A DNA stretch of 47,754 nucleotides from Chromatiaceae bacterium. Its GTDB lineage: Bacteria > Pseudomonadota > Gammaproteobacteria > SZUA-140. The notes under the pieces were generated by a model. That model was not told where the DNA came from. It worked only from the letters and a program-made list of their open reading frames with translations, and ran no database searches. This document shows positions 20,039 through 31,086 of the stretch, piece by piece. Made by a program: the position numbers and the translations under genes. Location of the stretch: NCBI GenBank assembly GCA_003232725.1, contig QIJH01000176.1, positions 1 to 47,754 on the forward strand. Direction: 5' to 3'. Position 1 is the stretch's first letter; each line of letters begins with the position of its first letter.

Positions 20039-20176
20039 GATGCCTTTGTACGAGCCGATTATCCGCTTCAGTTGCGTTATAAATGATCTCAAAACAGTCA
20101 CCTGCTTCGTATAAGTTCCATTTTTCGACGATTGATGCCCTGCTGGAACGAAAAGCAGTTCTCGTGCAAAGGTCTC
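20039..20176. mobile_element. Miniature inverted-repeat element, family A copy 2 (138 bp, inverted relative to copy 1)
   Basis: TIRs GATGCCTTTGTACGAG and CTCGTGCAAAGGTCTC; its reverse complement aligns end to end with copy 1 (TTTTCGTTCCAG, GTCGAAAAA, TCATTTATAACG blocks). Confidence 0.85.
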
Positions 20177-20218
20177 AATGTATTAATTGGGTGTGAAAAT
20201 AATACTCAATTTTGAATA

Positions 20219-20234
20219 AGCAATAAGCAGGCCA
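20219..20234 (-). promoter_or_regulatory. Sigma-54 type promoter pointing at the PagP-like gene
   Basis: Minus strand reads TGGCCTGCTTATTGCT: TGGC...TTGCT with exact GG-N10-GC spacing. Confidence 0.6.
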
Positions 20235-20368
20235 AATCACGCTCTATTTGTTTATGTGAATGACCGCCGTGGTTAATCCTCCAGGCTGATGTCCTACATG
20301 TACCTCTATCTTTATTTCCTGTAGAATCCAGCCCTTATCTATTTTCAGCGCGCTCATTGGGAAGTCTC

Positions 20369-21461
20369 ATGTTGGAGTTAAATCTGGTTTTCGGTCGTAT
20401 CAAAGATATGCAAGGGCGTCTGGAAGCCCTTAGGGGGTATCTTTGACGTCGATAATCGACGTGAAGCGGAAGTTAGCCGGGAACTGGAAAACCCAGCGAT
20501 ATGGAATGATCCTGAGCGTGCGCAAACACTCGGGCGAGAGCGCTCCCAGCTTGAAAATATGGTTGGAACCTTTGACGAACTGTTTGATGGCCTAGGCGAA
20601 GGGCAGGAACTGCTGCAACTCGCTGAGGATGAGAATGATGAAGAGAGCGCTAATGTGGTCATCGTCGATATGGACGACCTTGAGGAAAAACTCGCAGCCC
20701 TTGAATTTCGCCGCATGTTTTCTGGCGAGATGGATCCCAGCAACGCCTTTGTCGATATTCAGTCAGGTTCCGGTGGTACAGAAGCGCAAGACTGGGCCGA
20801 GATGCTACTGCGTATGTACCTGCGCTGGGGCGAGCGGCGTGGTTTTAAAACAGAACTGATCGAATGTTCTTCAGGTGAAGTGGCGGGCATCAAAAGTGCT
20901 ACCATCAGATATGAAGGCGAATATGCCTATGGCTGGCTGCGTACCGAGTGTGGTGTGCATCGCTTGGTGCGCAAATCGCCGTTTGATTCAGGCAGTCGAC
21001 GTCACACCTCATTTGCGGCAGTGTTTGTTTCTCCTGAAATCGATGATGATATTGATATTGAGATCAATCCCGCTGACCTGCGCATCGATACCTACCGCGC
21101 CAGTGGTGCCGGTGGCCAGCATGTCAACAGAACTGATTCAGCGGTGCGTATTACCCATGAGCCGTCCGGCGTAGTGGTGCAGTGTCAAAATGATCGCTCG
21201 CAACATAAAAACCGTGCCACAGCGATGAAGCAACTGAAGTCCCGTTTGTACGAAGTTGAAATGAAAAAACGTAGCGAAGATCAGCAGGCATTAGAAGAGA
21301 CCAAATCGGATATCGGCTGGGGTAGTCAGATTCGCTCTTATGTATTGGATCAATCACGCATCAAAGACCTGCGCACCTCTGTTGAAACCGGCAATACCCA
21401 GGCGGTGCTGGACGGTGATCTTGATCAATTTATTGAGGCCAGCTTAAAGAACGGTCTGTAA
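20369..21461 (+). CDS. prfB: Peptide chain release factor 2 (programmed +1 frameshift)
   Basis: ATG 20369, 25 codons ending RGYL, then CTT TGA C; the +1 frame carries SPF and GGQ motifs. Confidence 0.97.
20432..20447 (+). promoter_or_regulatory. prfB autoregulatory frameshift cassette
   Basis: AGGGGG TAT CTT TGA C: internal SD plus shift site. Confidence 0.95.
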
Positions 21462-21488
21462 CCATTAACTGAACCATAGTGAAATTCC

Positions 21489-22994
21489 ATGAGTGAAGAA
21501 ATAGAGAAAAATCCGGAAGAAGAGCAGGAACAGATTGCTCAACGCCGTGCCAAGTTGACAGAAATGCGTGAACAGGGCAACCCCTTTCCGTGTGACTTTC
21601 GTCGCAACGTGGTGAGCGGTGAGCTGCACGCTGAATATGGTGCGTTGCAAAACGAAACGTTAGAAGAGGCGGCGATTAGTGTGCAGATTGCGGGTCGTGT
21701 GATGACACGTCGCATGATGGGCAAAGCAAGCTTTGTTCATATTCAGGATATGTCAGGTAAGATTCAAATCTATGTGCAGCGCGACGTGGTTGGTGTTGAT
21801 GAATACAAGGCGTTTAAACGCTGGGACATCGGCGACATCATTGGTATTGAAGGTAAGTTATTCAAAACCAAAAAGGGTGAACTCTCGGTACGCGCGGAAA
21901 CCATTCGCATGCTCACCAAAGCACTGCGTCCACTACCGGATAAATACCATGGCGTGACGGATCAAGAGATTTGCTATCGTCAGCGTTATCTTGATCTGAT
22001 TATGAATGAGTCAACACGCGACACCTTTAAAATTCGTACCAAGATCGTGAGCTATATCCGAAACTTTTTGATTGAGCGTGACTTTATGGAAGTCGAAACA
22101 CCGATGATGCAGGTCGTTCCTGGTGGTGCAACAGCACGCCCGTTTGAGACCTATCACAATGCGCTCGATATCGACCTCTATCTTCGGATTGCACCAGAGC
22201 TTTATCTCAAGCGCCTGGTTGTCGGTGGCTTTGAACGTGTTTTTGAGATCAATCGTAACTTTCGTAACGAAGGGCTTTCAACGCGTCATAACCCAGAGTT
22301 CACCATGCTTGAATTTTATCAGGCCTATGCGGACTATCATGACTTAATGGACCTTAGCGAAGCGCTATTCCGTGGCATCGCTGAATCGGTGATCGGTAAT
22401 ACAAAGATCACTTATCAGGGTGAGGAATATGATTTTGGTAAACCCTTTACCCGCATCTCCGTTAAAGATGCAATTCTGCATTACAATTCAGATATAAAAG
22501 CGGAAGCGCTTGAATCACTTGAGAGTCTGAGAGCAATTACCAAAGGTCTATCGATTGCGGTTAAAGATAGTGATGGTATGGGTAAACTGCAGATAGAGAT
22601 CTTTGAAAAGACAGTTGAATCTAAACTAATGAACCCAACCTTTATCACTGCTTATCCAACAGAGGTTTCACCATTGGCACGACGTAATGATGATGACCCC
22701 TCAATCACCGATCGCTTTGAGCTCTTCATCGGAGGGCGTGAAATCGCTAATGGTTTTACCGAGTTGAATGATGCGGAAGATCAGGTTGAACGTTTTCGTC
22801 AACAGCTAGCTGAAAAGGCGGCGGGTGATGATGAAGCAATGCATTTTGATGAAGATTACATCTGTGCGCTTGAGCATGGTATGCCGCCAACTGCAGGGCA
22901 GGGGATCGGTATTGATCGTCTGGTGATGTTGTTTACTGATTCCCCCTCTATTCGTGATGTGCTGTTGTTCCCGCACATGCGTCCGCTTAAATAA
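21489..22994 (+). CDS. lysS: Lysine-tRNA ligase (class II)
   Basis: [18 protein letters not shown] and GIGIDRL motifs; follows prfB. Confidence 0.97.
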   Translation: MSEEIEKNPEEEQEQIAQRRAKLTEMREQGNPFPCDFRRNVVSGELHAEYGALQNETLEEAAISVQIAGRVMTRRMMGKASFVHIQDMSGKIQIYVQRDVVGVDEYKAFKRWDIGDIIGIEGKLFKTKKGELSVRAETIRMLTKALRPLPDKYHGVTDQEICYRQRYLDLIMNESTRDTFKIRTKIVSYIRNFLIERDFMEVETPMMQVVPGGATARPFETYHNALDIDLYLRIAPELYLKRLVVGGFERVFEINRNFRNEGLSTRHNPEFTMLEFYQAYADYHDLMDLSEALFRGIAESVIGNTKITYQGEEYDFGKPFTRISVKDAILHYNSDIKAEALESLESLRAITKGLSIAVKDSDGMGKLQIEIFEKTVESKLMNPTFITAYPTEVSPLARRNDDDPSITDRFELFIGGREIANGFTELNDAEDQVERFRQQLAEKAAGDDEAMHFDEDYICALEHGMPPTAGQGIGIDRLVMLFTDSPSIRDVLLFPHMRPLK

Positions 22995-23142
22995 TGCTGT
23001 AATAACCACCATTGTTTCTCCTGTGATTAAGTGTAGTGATCAACAAGGTGATCTAGCTAGACCTGTGTCATCGGCTGATATGAAAGAACCAGAGAAGCAG
23101 AACGATGATGTAGAGCAGCCTGACTAACTTGTTGTTGGAATC

Positions 23143-23829
23143 ATGAAAAGTCTTATTAAACTATTTTTACTATTGGTGGCATTTTTTGCATCCATTTTTG
23201 TGGTGATTAAATTGTCGGGGCTGGTGACCATAGATGATGTGAAAGGGTGGGTCGCCCTTGCTGAAACAATTTCACCACTAATACTTGCGGCTATGATTGT
23301 GTTGTTGTTGCTTGTTGATCTCTTAATCTCAATTCCAACGTTGATTGTCTGCATGCTTGCGGGTTATTTCCTGGGCTTCGGCCTAGGTGCTTTTGCATCG
23401 ATGGTGGGGCTGAGTCTAGTCGGGGTGGTTGGTTACGCTATGAGCCGTATATTTGGGCCGACGCTGTTGATGAAAGTTGTTAAGTGCGAAGATAAGATTG
23501 CTGAGATGGAGAGTCTGTTCCATCGTCATGGTTTTATTATGATCTTGATCTCCCGTGCTATTCCTATGGTGCCAGAATCTGCGGCGTGTATGTCTGGTAT
23601 TACCAAGATGCCTTTCAGGCGATTTGCACTTGCGTGGATGTTAGGGGCATATCCTTATGCACTGATCACGGCTTATGCTGGTTCGGTGAGTACCGTGCAT
23701 GATCCTGCGCCCGCTATTTTTACTGCCATTGGGGTGATGATAATCCTGTGGGCTGGGGTGACGTTATTTTCTCGTTACCAAATGGTGGGAAAGAATAAAA
23801 TAACCACTACTTCTTCAGATTTTGATTGA
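23143..23829 (+). CDS. TVP38/VTT (DedA superfamily) membrane protein
   Basis: Multi-TM; DLLISIP, AGYFLG and SRAIPMVPE motifs. Confidence 0.82.
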   Translation: MKSLIKLFLLLVAFFASIFVVIKLSGLVTIDDVKGWVALAETISPLILAAMIVLLLLVDLLISIPTLIVCMLAGYFLGFGLGAFASMVGLSLVGVVGYAMSRIFGPTLLMKVVKCEDKIAEMESLFHRHGFIMILISRAIPMVPESAACMSGITKMPFRRFALAWMLGAYPYALITAYAGSVSTVHDPAPAIFTAIGVMIILWAGVTLFSRYQMVGKNKITTTSSDFD

Positions 23830-23851
23830 TCAGTGTTGGCTATTGTACGGA

Positions 23852-24700
23852 TCAGATCTTCAACATATCGATCACATCTTGCACATCGCTGCGTGCCTCT
23901 TCAAGTGCTGACATACTCTCTTCTGGTGTTAAACCAAGTGCCTTAAATGCAGGGATCTCTGTCCAGTCGGTCTCATTCGACAGGTGTTTTTTACCGATGT
24001 AAGTGTGAAGGTTTGCAATCATCACAATGTCTACATAGTCGGGGCAGGGGTCAGAAACACGGCTATAATTTTCATGTTCAGATGCAACGGCAATCAGTTC
24101 TGGTGGGAAATTCCACCCCTCTAGCACAAGCTTGCCAATCTGCGTATGCAGTTTGTCAGTAATGAAAGAGAGCTGTTCTTTATCATTTTCAAGTTCTGAA
24201 AACTGCTCAGCATAGGCAAGAATAGGTAGTGCACCAATGTCATGAATCAACCCTGCTAACATCGCATTATCTGGCTTAAGAGTGGTGAAGTTTTGTGCAA
24301 AGACATAGCTAATCGCGGCCACCTGCATTGAATGCAACCATTGTTGCTTCAAGATTGCATTGACTGTTTTTGATCCTTTCGATTGAAATACTTGTTCAAC
24401 GACAATGCTATTGATTAGCGTCTTTACCTGTTTAGCACCAAGGCGAGTAATCGCCGATTTGATGTTATCAATTTGATCTTTCCCTCTAAATAAAGGGCTG
24501 TTAGCTGCTTGTAAAAGACGTCCTGAAAGGGCGGTATCAATACTGATGATTTTTGCTAGCTGAGCAGCCGATGAATCAGGGTCATCAACTGTTTCACCTA
24601 TTTTAATCGCAACTTCGGGTAGCGTGGGTAGATCAAGCCGTTTGTGTTTTATTTCTCCCAGCAGCCCTGCGATGAATTTGTCGATAAATTGGGCATCCAT
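23852..24700 (-). CDS. Stand-alone HDOD domain protein (copy 3)
   Basis: LPTLPEVA, ANSPLF, AITRLG, AGLIHDIG and WNFP motifs. Confidence 0.9.
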   Translation of the reverse strand: MDAQFIDKFIAGLLGEIKHKRLDLPTLPEVAIKIGETVDDPDSSAAQLAKIISIDTALSGRLLQAANSPLFRGKDQIDNIKSAITRLGAKQVKTLINSIVVEQVFQSKGSKTVNAILKQQWLHSMQVAAISYVFAQNFTTLKPDNAMLAGLIHDIGALPILAYAEQFSELENDKEQLSFITDKLHTQIGKLVLEGWNFPPELIAVASEHENYSRVSDPCPDYVDIVMIANLHTYIGKKHLSNETDWTEIPAFKALGLTPEESMSALEEARSDVQDVIDMLKI

Positions 24701-24720
24701 TGCGCTGGTTCCTAAGCTTG

Positions 24721-25572
24721 CTATCGAGAGAAAATTTGTTGAATTTGCATTAATTCATCCTGCGCATTTTTAATGGCGCTGATGCAATCCTCAGGTGAAA
24801 TTGAGATGCGATTAAATGCTGGAATTGTGTTCCAGTCTAATTTTGTCGATGGATGATCAGTACCGATATGCCCGAGTAAATTGGCAATAATGACGATGTC
24901 TGTGTAATCCAGGTTAATACTTGGATCGCGAAAAAGGTCTTCATGCTCGCCTGCGACCGTGATCAGTGATTCCGGAAAGTGCCATTTTTTTAGTATCAAG
25001 CGACCAATATTGGTGTGTAATTTATTAACCAACATCTCTAGCGCCGCTGGGTTTGATGAAAACTCAGGAATTGATTCAGCATATTCAATGATTGGAAGCG
25101 TACCGATATCATGTATCAGTCCTGCCATCATCGCTTCATCCGCATTAAGCGAGGTGTATTGCTTTGCTAAAAAATAACTGATGGCGGCTATGCGTAAATT
25201 ATACTTCCATTGCGTCTTTAATTTATTTTGTACTTGTGGTGAATAGCACTCTGATTGAAACATTTGTTCCAGCACTAGATTGGTAACGAGATTTTTAATA
25301 TTACGATTGCCTAAACGAGTAATGGCGGTATTGAGATCTTCAATGCTTTTCTTCATTCTGAATAATGGACTATTGGCCAGTTTTAACAGTCGCGCAGATA
25401 GGGCGGCATCCAGTTTCAGCGTATCATAAATATCATTAGCAGATGAGTTAGGGTTATCAACAATGGCCCTGACTTTATGGGCGACTTCAGGCAAGGTTGG
25501 CAAGGTAATTCGATTTGCCTTGATATCATCAAGCAGTTCATGAACAAATCTTTCTATCAATTCCCTGGACAT
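24721..25572 (-). CDS. Stand-alone HDOD domain protein (copy 2)
   Basis: LPTLPEVA, ANSPLF, AITRLG, AGLIHDIG and WHFP motifs. Confidence 0.9.
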   Translation of the reverse strand: MSRELIERFVHELLDDIKANRITLPTLPEVAHKVRAIVDNPNSSANDIYDTLKLDAALSARLLKLANSPLFRMKKSIEDLNTAITRLGNRNIKNLVTNLVLEQMFQSECYSPQVQNKLKTQWKYNLRIAAISYFLAKQYTSLNADEAMMAGLIHDIGTLPIIEYAESIPEFSSNPAALEMLVNKLHTNIGRLILKKWHFPESLITVAGEHEDLFRDPSINLDYTDIVIIANLLGHIGTDHPSTKLDWNTIPAFNRISISPEDCISAIKNAQDELMQIQQIFSR

Positions 25573-25647
25573 TAGTTATTGCATGTTTCCATTAGTGGTT
25601 GCTCTCTAAATACTGGCATTGCCATATTACTCTTTGCTAACAGGTTA

Positions 25648-26496
25648 TTATTGTGAAAAAATATTTTGAATCTCTACAATCTCTTCGTGAGCACCTTTTA
25701 TGGCAGCAATACTCTCTTCTGGTGTCATTGCCAGGCGGTTAAAAGCAGGTATTAAGTTCCAGTCCAGTTTAGTGTGTGGGTGATTCGTACCGACGTGACT
25801 CAAAAGATTAGCGACTAAAACAATATCGGTGTAATCGGGATTGATGCCTGAGTCACGTTCAAGGTTTTCGTGTTCTCGTACGACGGTCACTAGCTCATCA
25901 GGGAAATTCCATTTCTTTAAAATCAGATGACCAATTTTGGTATGAAGCAGGAAGACAAGCCGATCAAGTGCCGCTTCGTTTGACAAAATATCCGGAAGGA
26001 GTTCTGCATATTCAAGTATTGGGAGTGCACCGATGTCGTGAATTAAGCCGCTGAGCATTGCTTCATCGGGGCTTAGTTCAGTGTAATTACGCGTAATGAC
26101 AAAGCTGAGCGCGGCCACGTGAAGGCTATGTTTCCAGTTTTCTTTAAGCTTCTTTTTAATCTCTTCTGAGAGCCCTGCCTGATAAAGTTGTTCCATCGCA
26201 AGGCTGGTCACAAGACTGCGCACATTGGCATTGCCAAGGCGCGTAATGGCCATTTTAACATCTTCAACCTGGCCCTGAGTACGGTAGAGTGGGCTGTTAA
26301 CAACACGTAAGAGACGCGTTGTGATGACCACATCAGCACTAATGACCTTTGAAATCTGGTTGGAAGTTGCACCCCGTTCATTCAATAGTTTACGTGCCTT
26401 AAGTGTCACTTCAGGCAGCGCGGGCAATGTGATCTTATTTGCTTTGATATCAGCGATAAGGTCTTTACAGAATTTTTCGATAAGCGGGTTAGCCAT
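25648..26496 (-). CDS. Stand-alone HDOD domain protein (copy 1)
   Basis: LPALPEV, VNSPLY, AITRLG, SGLIHDIG and WNFP motifs. Confidence 0.9.
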   Translation of the reverse strand: MANPLIEKFCKDLIADIKANKITLPALPEVTLKARKLLNERGATSNQISKVISADVVITTRLLRVVNSPLYRTQGQVEDVKMAITRLGNANVRSLVTSLAMEQLYQAGLSEEIKKKLKENWKHSLHVAALSFVITRNYTELSPDEAMLSGLIHDIGALPILEYAELLPDILSNEAALDRLVFLLHTKIGHLILKKWNFPDELVTVVREHENLERDSGINPDYTDIVLVANLLSHVGTNHPHTKLDWNLIPAFNRLAMTPEESIAAIKGAHEEIVEIQNIFSQ

Positions 26497-26653
26497 AAAT
26501 GCCTTGTTTTTACAGCAAATGAGTCTTGTTATTGTGGGTTATCTCTATGATTCTTTTAAGGTATCGCCCACTTTATGATTAACTTTATCCTTTTTGTTTT
26601 GGATAAAATAAGGCCCGTTTTTTGTTCACTTAAACTTAAATTTAAACCCTCAA

Positions 26654-27715
26654 TTACTCGCTATCAGCAGGGAAGTCATATGGCAAATCATATAGTTCTA
26701 ATATTGCTTTGGTGTCTCGATCTAAACAGGTGTTGTTATTGATAGCAAATTCATTCGAGATAACGCAAAGTGCGCGGTATTCATGATTTGAAACAGGTGC
26801 GACTTGCACTATGTTGCCGATAGATTGAGCTGCCTCCGCTCCTTCAATTGGATAAAGTGGCATGCCAGGAAGTGGCAGTTGATCTAAAGTAAACTGTACA
26901 ATCTGCATATGGCGCTTTAATTTGCCACGATAATGGAGGCGAGCGACCACTTCTTGCCCTGGATAACACCCTTTTTTGAAGCTGACACCGTCAATAGCAT
27001 GCAGGTTAAGCATTTGCGGGATAAACATCTCAACTGTTTCTGTTACCACGCTCGGCTGGGCGGCATTGATATTAAGCAGTTGCCATGCGTGACTGCCAGT
27101 GGGCGAAAAATCTTGTGACAGTAATTGCCACAGCGGTTGGATTTGTTCTCGCTTACCGATGAGCTCAAAGCGAGGATTAATGCCTGGGTGCTTGATAATG
27201 GTGATGTCATTTTCATCCGTCACGCCATTAACATCAACGGGCAGGGTACTGAAGTGCGCGTTGAGTTTGTTGGCGGCATTTTTTCCACTGACGCCGATGC
27301 GAACAGTGTCAGTGGTGGCTGGTTCAAGCGTTACTTTGGCTCTCATGACAAACATCTTGAGTCGTGACACTGTTTTTTCAAGCAGACAGGTTGGCAGGTG
27401 CAAGCGATAACCGTTGCCGTGTTGTGTAATGCGGAAAAGGGCCAACAGGCGTCCCTTTGGGTTGCAGTAGCCGCTGAGCTGACTGCTTTGTGTGTTGATC
27501 AGCGTGATGTCATTGGTGAATTGTCCTTGCAAAAAGGTTTTTGCATCGACGCCACTGGCCTGAATAAAGGTCATCCCCACAATGGGGGTGATGATATTGC
27601 CGTTATTGATTGTGTTCTGTTCTTTCACAGATTGGCCAAAGTGCGCAACGCTGCTGCCGTCGTGCGTCAAGATAGCCCCATCATTTTGTAGGTATTGTTG
27701 CCACTGTTCGTTCAT
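26654..27715 (-). CDS. ygfZ: Folate-binding Fe-S cluster/tRNA-modification protein YgfZ
   Basis: FLQGQFTND and the KGCYPGQE signature. Confidence 0.93.
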   Translation of the reverse strand: MNEQWQQYLQNDGAILTHDGSSVAHFGQSVKEQNTINNGNIITPIVGMTFIQASGVDAKTFLQGQFTNDITLINTQSSQLSGYCNPKGRLLALFRITQHGNGYRLHLPTCLLEKTVSRLKMFVMRAKVTLEPATTDTVRIGVSGKNAANKLNAHFSTLPVDVNGVTDENDITIIKHPGINPRFELIGKREQIQPLWQLLSQDFSPTGSHAWQLLNINAAQPSVVTETVEMFIPQMLNLHAIDGVSFKKGCYPGQEVVARLHYRGKLKRHMQIVQFTLDQLPLPGMPLYPIEGAEAAQSIGNIVQVAPVSNHEYRALCVISNEFAINNNTCLDRDTKAILELYDLPYDFPADSE

Positions 27716-27870
27716 CGGTTCTCTATTTCCTGCTTAATATTAATGGGTCTCAACACGCGGTTGACTAAGGGTGAATCATAGCTGAAATAATCGTGGGTGA
27801 TAATATTCTGGACGAATCATTTCAATACGTTACACTGGGGCGAAGCATCGATTATTCATAATGAGTGGTT

Positions 27871-28248
27871 ATGGAAAACAAAAAACGTCCGGTCTTTCTG
27901 GATCTAACTCGTATCGATATGCCCGTGATGGCAGTGCTCTCGGTAGCACATCGCATCACGGGTATACTGATGTTCCTTTCGATCCCAATAGTCATCTATT
28001 TATTGGGGCTTTCGCTAAGCAGCCCGCAAGGGTATGAAACGGTCACCTCGTTATTTGATGGTGGTTTGTTTCGCCTGATAATCCTGATTGCCTTGTGGGG
28101 ATTTGCCCATCACTTTTTTGCCGGTATTCGCTATTTTATGTTGGATCTTGATATCGGTGTTGATGTCATCAATGGGCGTAAAAGTGCCTGGTGTGTGCTA
28201 GGCGCTGGTATCATCACCACGGTCATAGGCATGGTGATGATGTTATGA
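27871..28248 (+). CDS. sdhC: Succinate dehydrogenase cytochrome b556 subunit
   Basis: RPVFLDL, SVAHRITG and HHFFAGIR motifs. Confidence 0.93.
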   Translation: MENKKRPVFLDLTRIDMPVMAVLSVAHRITGILMFLSIPIVIYLLGLSLSSPQGYETVTSLFDGGLFRLIILIALWGFAHHFFAGIRYFMLDLDIGVDVINGRKSAWCVLGAGIITTVIGMVMML

Positions 28249-28583
28249 ATCGCAAATCCATCGGTTTACGCACCTGGTTGATCCAGCGCCTCAGCGCCGT
28301 TTATATGCTGCTGTTTGTGCTCTGTTTTGGGGTCTATTTTGCAGCATGTACGCCCACCTCATATCTGGAATGGCGCACCATGATGGCCAATAGCTTTATC
28401 GGCATCACGACCACGCTCTTTTTTCTTTCACTGTTGACGCATGCCTGGGTTGGGATGCGCGATGTGGTGATGGATTATATCCATATCGACAGCCTGCGCC
28501 TAACGTTATTGACGGGCGTTGGTTTTGCTCTGTTAGGCACGGCTATCTGGGTGATGAAAATTTTATTAACGGTGAGTGTATGA
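28245..28583 (+). CDS. sdhD: Succinate dehydrogenase membrane anchor
   Basis: WLIQRLSA and [13 protein letters not shown]; ATGA overlap with sdhC. Confidence 0.93.
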   Translation: MNRKSIGLRTWLIQRLSAVYMLLFVLCFGVYFAACTPTSYLEWRTMMANSFIGITTTLFFLSLLTHAWVGMRDVVMDYIHIDSLRLTLLTGVGFALLGTAIWVMKILLTVSV

Positions 28584-30355
28584 GTGATATCAGGCAAAAT
28601 ATTGAACGCCGTCGTTTTGATACGCTAGTGATCGGCGCGGGTGGTGGTGGGCTACGTGCCGCAATGCAGATGTCGCAGGCGGATGCCTCAGTCGCGGTGG
28701 TCTCCAAAGTGTTTCCAACCCGTTCACATACTGTTGCCGCACAGGGCGGTATCAATGCCGCACTTGCGAATGTACTGCCTGACAACTGGCACTGGCATAT
28801 GTACGACACAGTAAAGGGGAGTGATTATCTGGGTGACCAGGATGCGATTGAATATATGTGTCGCACTGCCTCACGGCTAGTCATAGAACTTGAACATTAT
28901 GGGGTGCCTTTTTCACGCCTTGATAATGGCAAAATTTATCAGCGTCCCTTTGGTGGGCAGAGCCAGAATTTTGGTGGTGACCAGGCGGCGCGTACCTGTG
29001 CCGCTGCTGATAGAACCGGCCATGCCATTTTGCATTCGCTGTATCAGCAAAATATTAAGGCCAAAACGCATTTCTTTGATGAGTACTTTGCAATCGATCT
29101 GCTAAAAGATAAAGAAGGTTATATTTTAGGTGCGCTGGTGATGTGCATTGAAACTGGCGAGCCACTCATTATTGAAGCAAAGACCACCTTGATTGCGACC
29201 GGTGGGGCAGGACAGATGTACCGTACCAACACCAACGCGCATATCAATACCGGAGACGGCATGGGCATGGCGCTGCGTGCTGGCATCCCATTGCAGGATA
29301 TGGAGTTCATTCAGTTCCATCCAACCGGCGTGGCAGGCAAGGGGATGTTGATTACCGAAGGTGCGCGCGGCGAGGGTGGTTATCTACTCAACGGTGATGG
29401 TGAACGTTTTATGGAACGCTATGCGCCGCATGCCAAAGACCTTGCGAGTCGTGATGTAGTGAGCCGTTCCATTTACACCGAGATAAAAGAGGGGCGCGGT
29501 TGTGGCCCTAACAAAGATCATGTGATGTTAAAGCTCGATCATCTCGGTGAAAAGACGCTGCGCAAACGCCTGCCGGGTATCTATGAGATGGTGAAGACCT
29601 TTATGCATATCGATGCGGCGAAAGAGCTGGTGCCCGTTTATCCTACTGCGCATTACACCATGGGTGGCATTCCAACGAATATCCATGGTCAGGTGGTGGT
29701 GCCAGAACGTACCGGTGAAGATACCATTCCCGGGCTTTATGCGGCGGGTGAATGCGCCTGTGTCTCGGTGCATGGTGCTAATCGTCTGGGTGGTAATTCG
29801 CTGCTCGATATCGTCGTTTTTGGTCGTGCGGCGGGTAATCACATCATCGAATACCTGACTGAAAACCGTTTTCACCGCCCGATGGATGAAGATAGCGTAA
29901 CAGCTGCACTCGATCACATGGCACGCTGGGAGCGCAAAGGAGAAGGTGAAAGTGTTGATTCGCTGCGCGTTGATCTACAGAAAACAATGGAAGACTATAA
30001 TGGCGTATTTCGTTCTGCAGAACTGATGGCAAAGGGTGTTGAAAAATTGCAGGAAATTGAGGAGCGGATGAAGCATGTGACACTCAAAGATCACAGCCGC
30101 GTATTTAACACCGCACGTATCGAAGCCTTTGAGCTTGAGAATCTGGTCGATATTGCACTCGCTGCCGCAACCTCTGCACTGGCGCGTCAAGAGAGTCGAG
30201 GTGCACATTCTCGCATCGATTACCCCGAGCGTGATGATGAGCGCTGGATGAAACATAGCCTCTACTTTAAAGAGGGGCGCAAGCTGGAGTACAAACCGGT
30301 GCGGATGAAACCAAAAAGTGTTGAGGCGTTCCCGCCTAAGCCACGTGTATATTGA
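28580..30355 (+). CDS. sdhA: Succinate dehydrogenase flavoprotein
   Basis: [15 protein letters not shown] and [11 protein letters not shown] motifs. Confidence 0.97.
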   Translation: MSDIRQNIERRRFDTLVIGAGGGGLRAAMQMSQADASVAVVSKVFPTRSHTVAAQGGINAALANVLPDNWHWHMYDTVKGSDYLGDQDAIEYMCRTASRLVIELEHYGVPFSRLDNGKIYQRPFGGQSQNFGGDQAARTCAAADRTGHAILHSLYQQNIKAKTHFFDEYFAIDLLKDKEGYILGALVMCIETGEPLIIEAKTTLIATGGAGQMYRTNTNAHINTGDGMGMALRAGIPLQDMEFIQFHPTGVAGKGMLITEGARGEGGYLLNGDGERFMERYAPHAKDLASRDVVSRSIYTEIKEGRGCGPNKDHVMLKLDHLGEKTLRKRLPGIYEMVKTFMHIDAAKELVPVYPTAHYTMGGIPTNIHGQVVVPERTGEDTIPGLYAAGECACVSVHGANRLGGNSLLDIVVFGRAAGNHIIEYLTENRFHRPMDEDSVTAALDHMARWERKGEGESVDSLRVDLQKTMEDYNGVFRSAELMAKGVEKLQEIEERMKHVTLKDHSRVFNTARIEAFELENLVDIALAAATSALARQESRGAHSRIDYPERDDERWMKHSLYFKEGRKLEYKPVRMKPKSVEAFPPKPRVY

Positions 30356-30370
30356 TAAGGAGTGGTGCTA

Positions 30371-31072
30371 ATGGAAGCAATTCGTCTCTCGGTCTATCGT
30401 TATAACCCGGAAAAAGATCAAAAGCCCTATATGCAGGAGTACGAGCTTGAACTCGACGCTGACAAAATGGTGCTGGATGCATTGAAGATGGTAAAGGCAC
30501 AGGATGAGAGCCTGAGCTTTCGTCACTCCTGTGGTGAAGGGGTGTGTGGTTCTGATGGCCTCAATATCAACGGCACTAATGCACTCTCCTGTGTCACCGC
30601 AATTGCGGATCTTGAGCAGCCGATTGAGGTGCGTCCGCTACCGGGGCTGCCAGTGATCCGTGACCTGGTGGTCGATATGGAACAGTTTTATAAACAGTAC
30701 CGTGCTGCGAAACCTTATTTGATAGTGAAAGATCCTGAGCCAGAGGTCGAATTCAAACAGACTCCCGCGCAGCGTGAAGCGCTTGATGGCCTGTATGAAT
30801 GTGTTCTGTGTGCCTGCTGCTCAACCTCATGTCCCTCATTTTGGTGGAACCCCGATAAATTTATGGGGCCTGCGGCGTTGCTACAGTCATATCGTTTTCT
30901 GGCAGACAGCCGTGACCAGGCGACCGATGAGCGCCTTGACGATATGGAAGATGCCTATAAGCTCTATCGTTGCCATACCATTATGAATTGTGTACAGGTT
31001 TGTCCTAAAGGGTTGAACCCAACCAAAGCGATTGGCAAAATTAAACACATGATGCTCAAGCAGCTTACTTGA
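30371..31072 (+). CDS. sdhB: Succinate dehydrogenase Fe-S subunit
   Basis: SCGEGVCGSD, CVLCACCSTSCP and CHTIMNCVQVCP clusters. Confidence 0.97.
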   Translation: MEAIRLSVYRYNPEKDQKPYMQEYELELDADKMVLDALKMVKAQDESLSFRHSCGEGVCGSDGLNINGTNALSCVTAIADLEQPIEVRPLPGLPVIRDLVVDMEQFYKQYRAAKPYLIVKDPEPEVEFKQTPAQREALDGLYECVLCACCSTSCPSFWWNPDKFMGPAALLQSYRFLADSRDQATDERLDDMEDAYKLYRCHTIMNCVQVCPKGLNPTKAIGKIKHMMLKQLT

Positions 31073-31086
31073 TGTGTGCTGTTGTT

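Noticed and set aside
19234-20176. Repeats read as a CRISPR array or integron attC sites
   Set aside because: No regular repeat-spacer period, no cas or intI gene, and the ends lack RYYYAAC/GTTRRRY.
20369-20450. In-frame TGA in prfB as a pseudogene lesion
   Set aside because: It is the well-known programmed +1 frameshift (SD plus CTT TGA C).
23023-23127. Short acidic ORF after lysS (...MKEPEKQNDDVEQPD)
   Set aside because: No SD or recognisable homology; at most a gene remnant.
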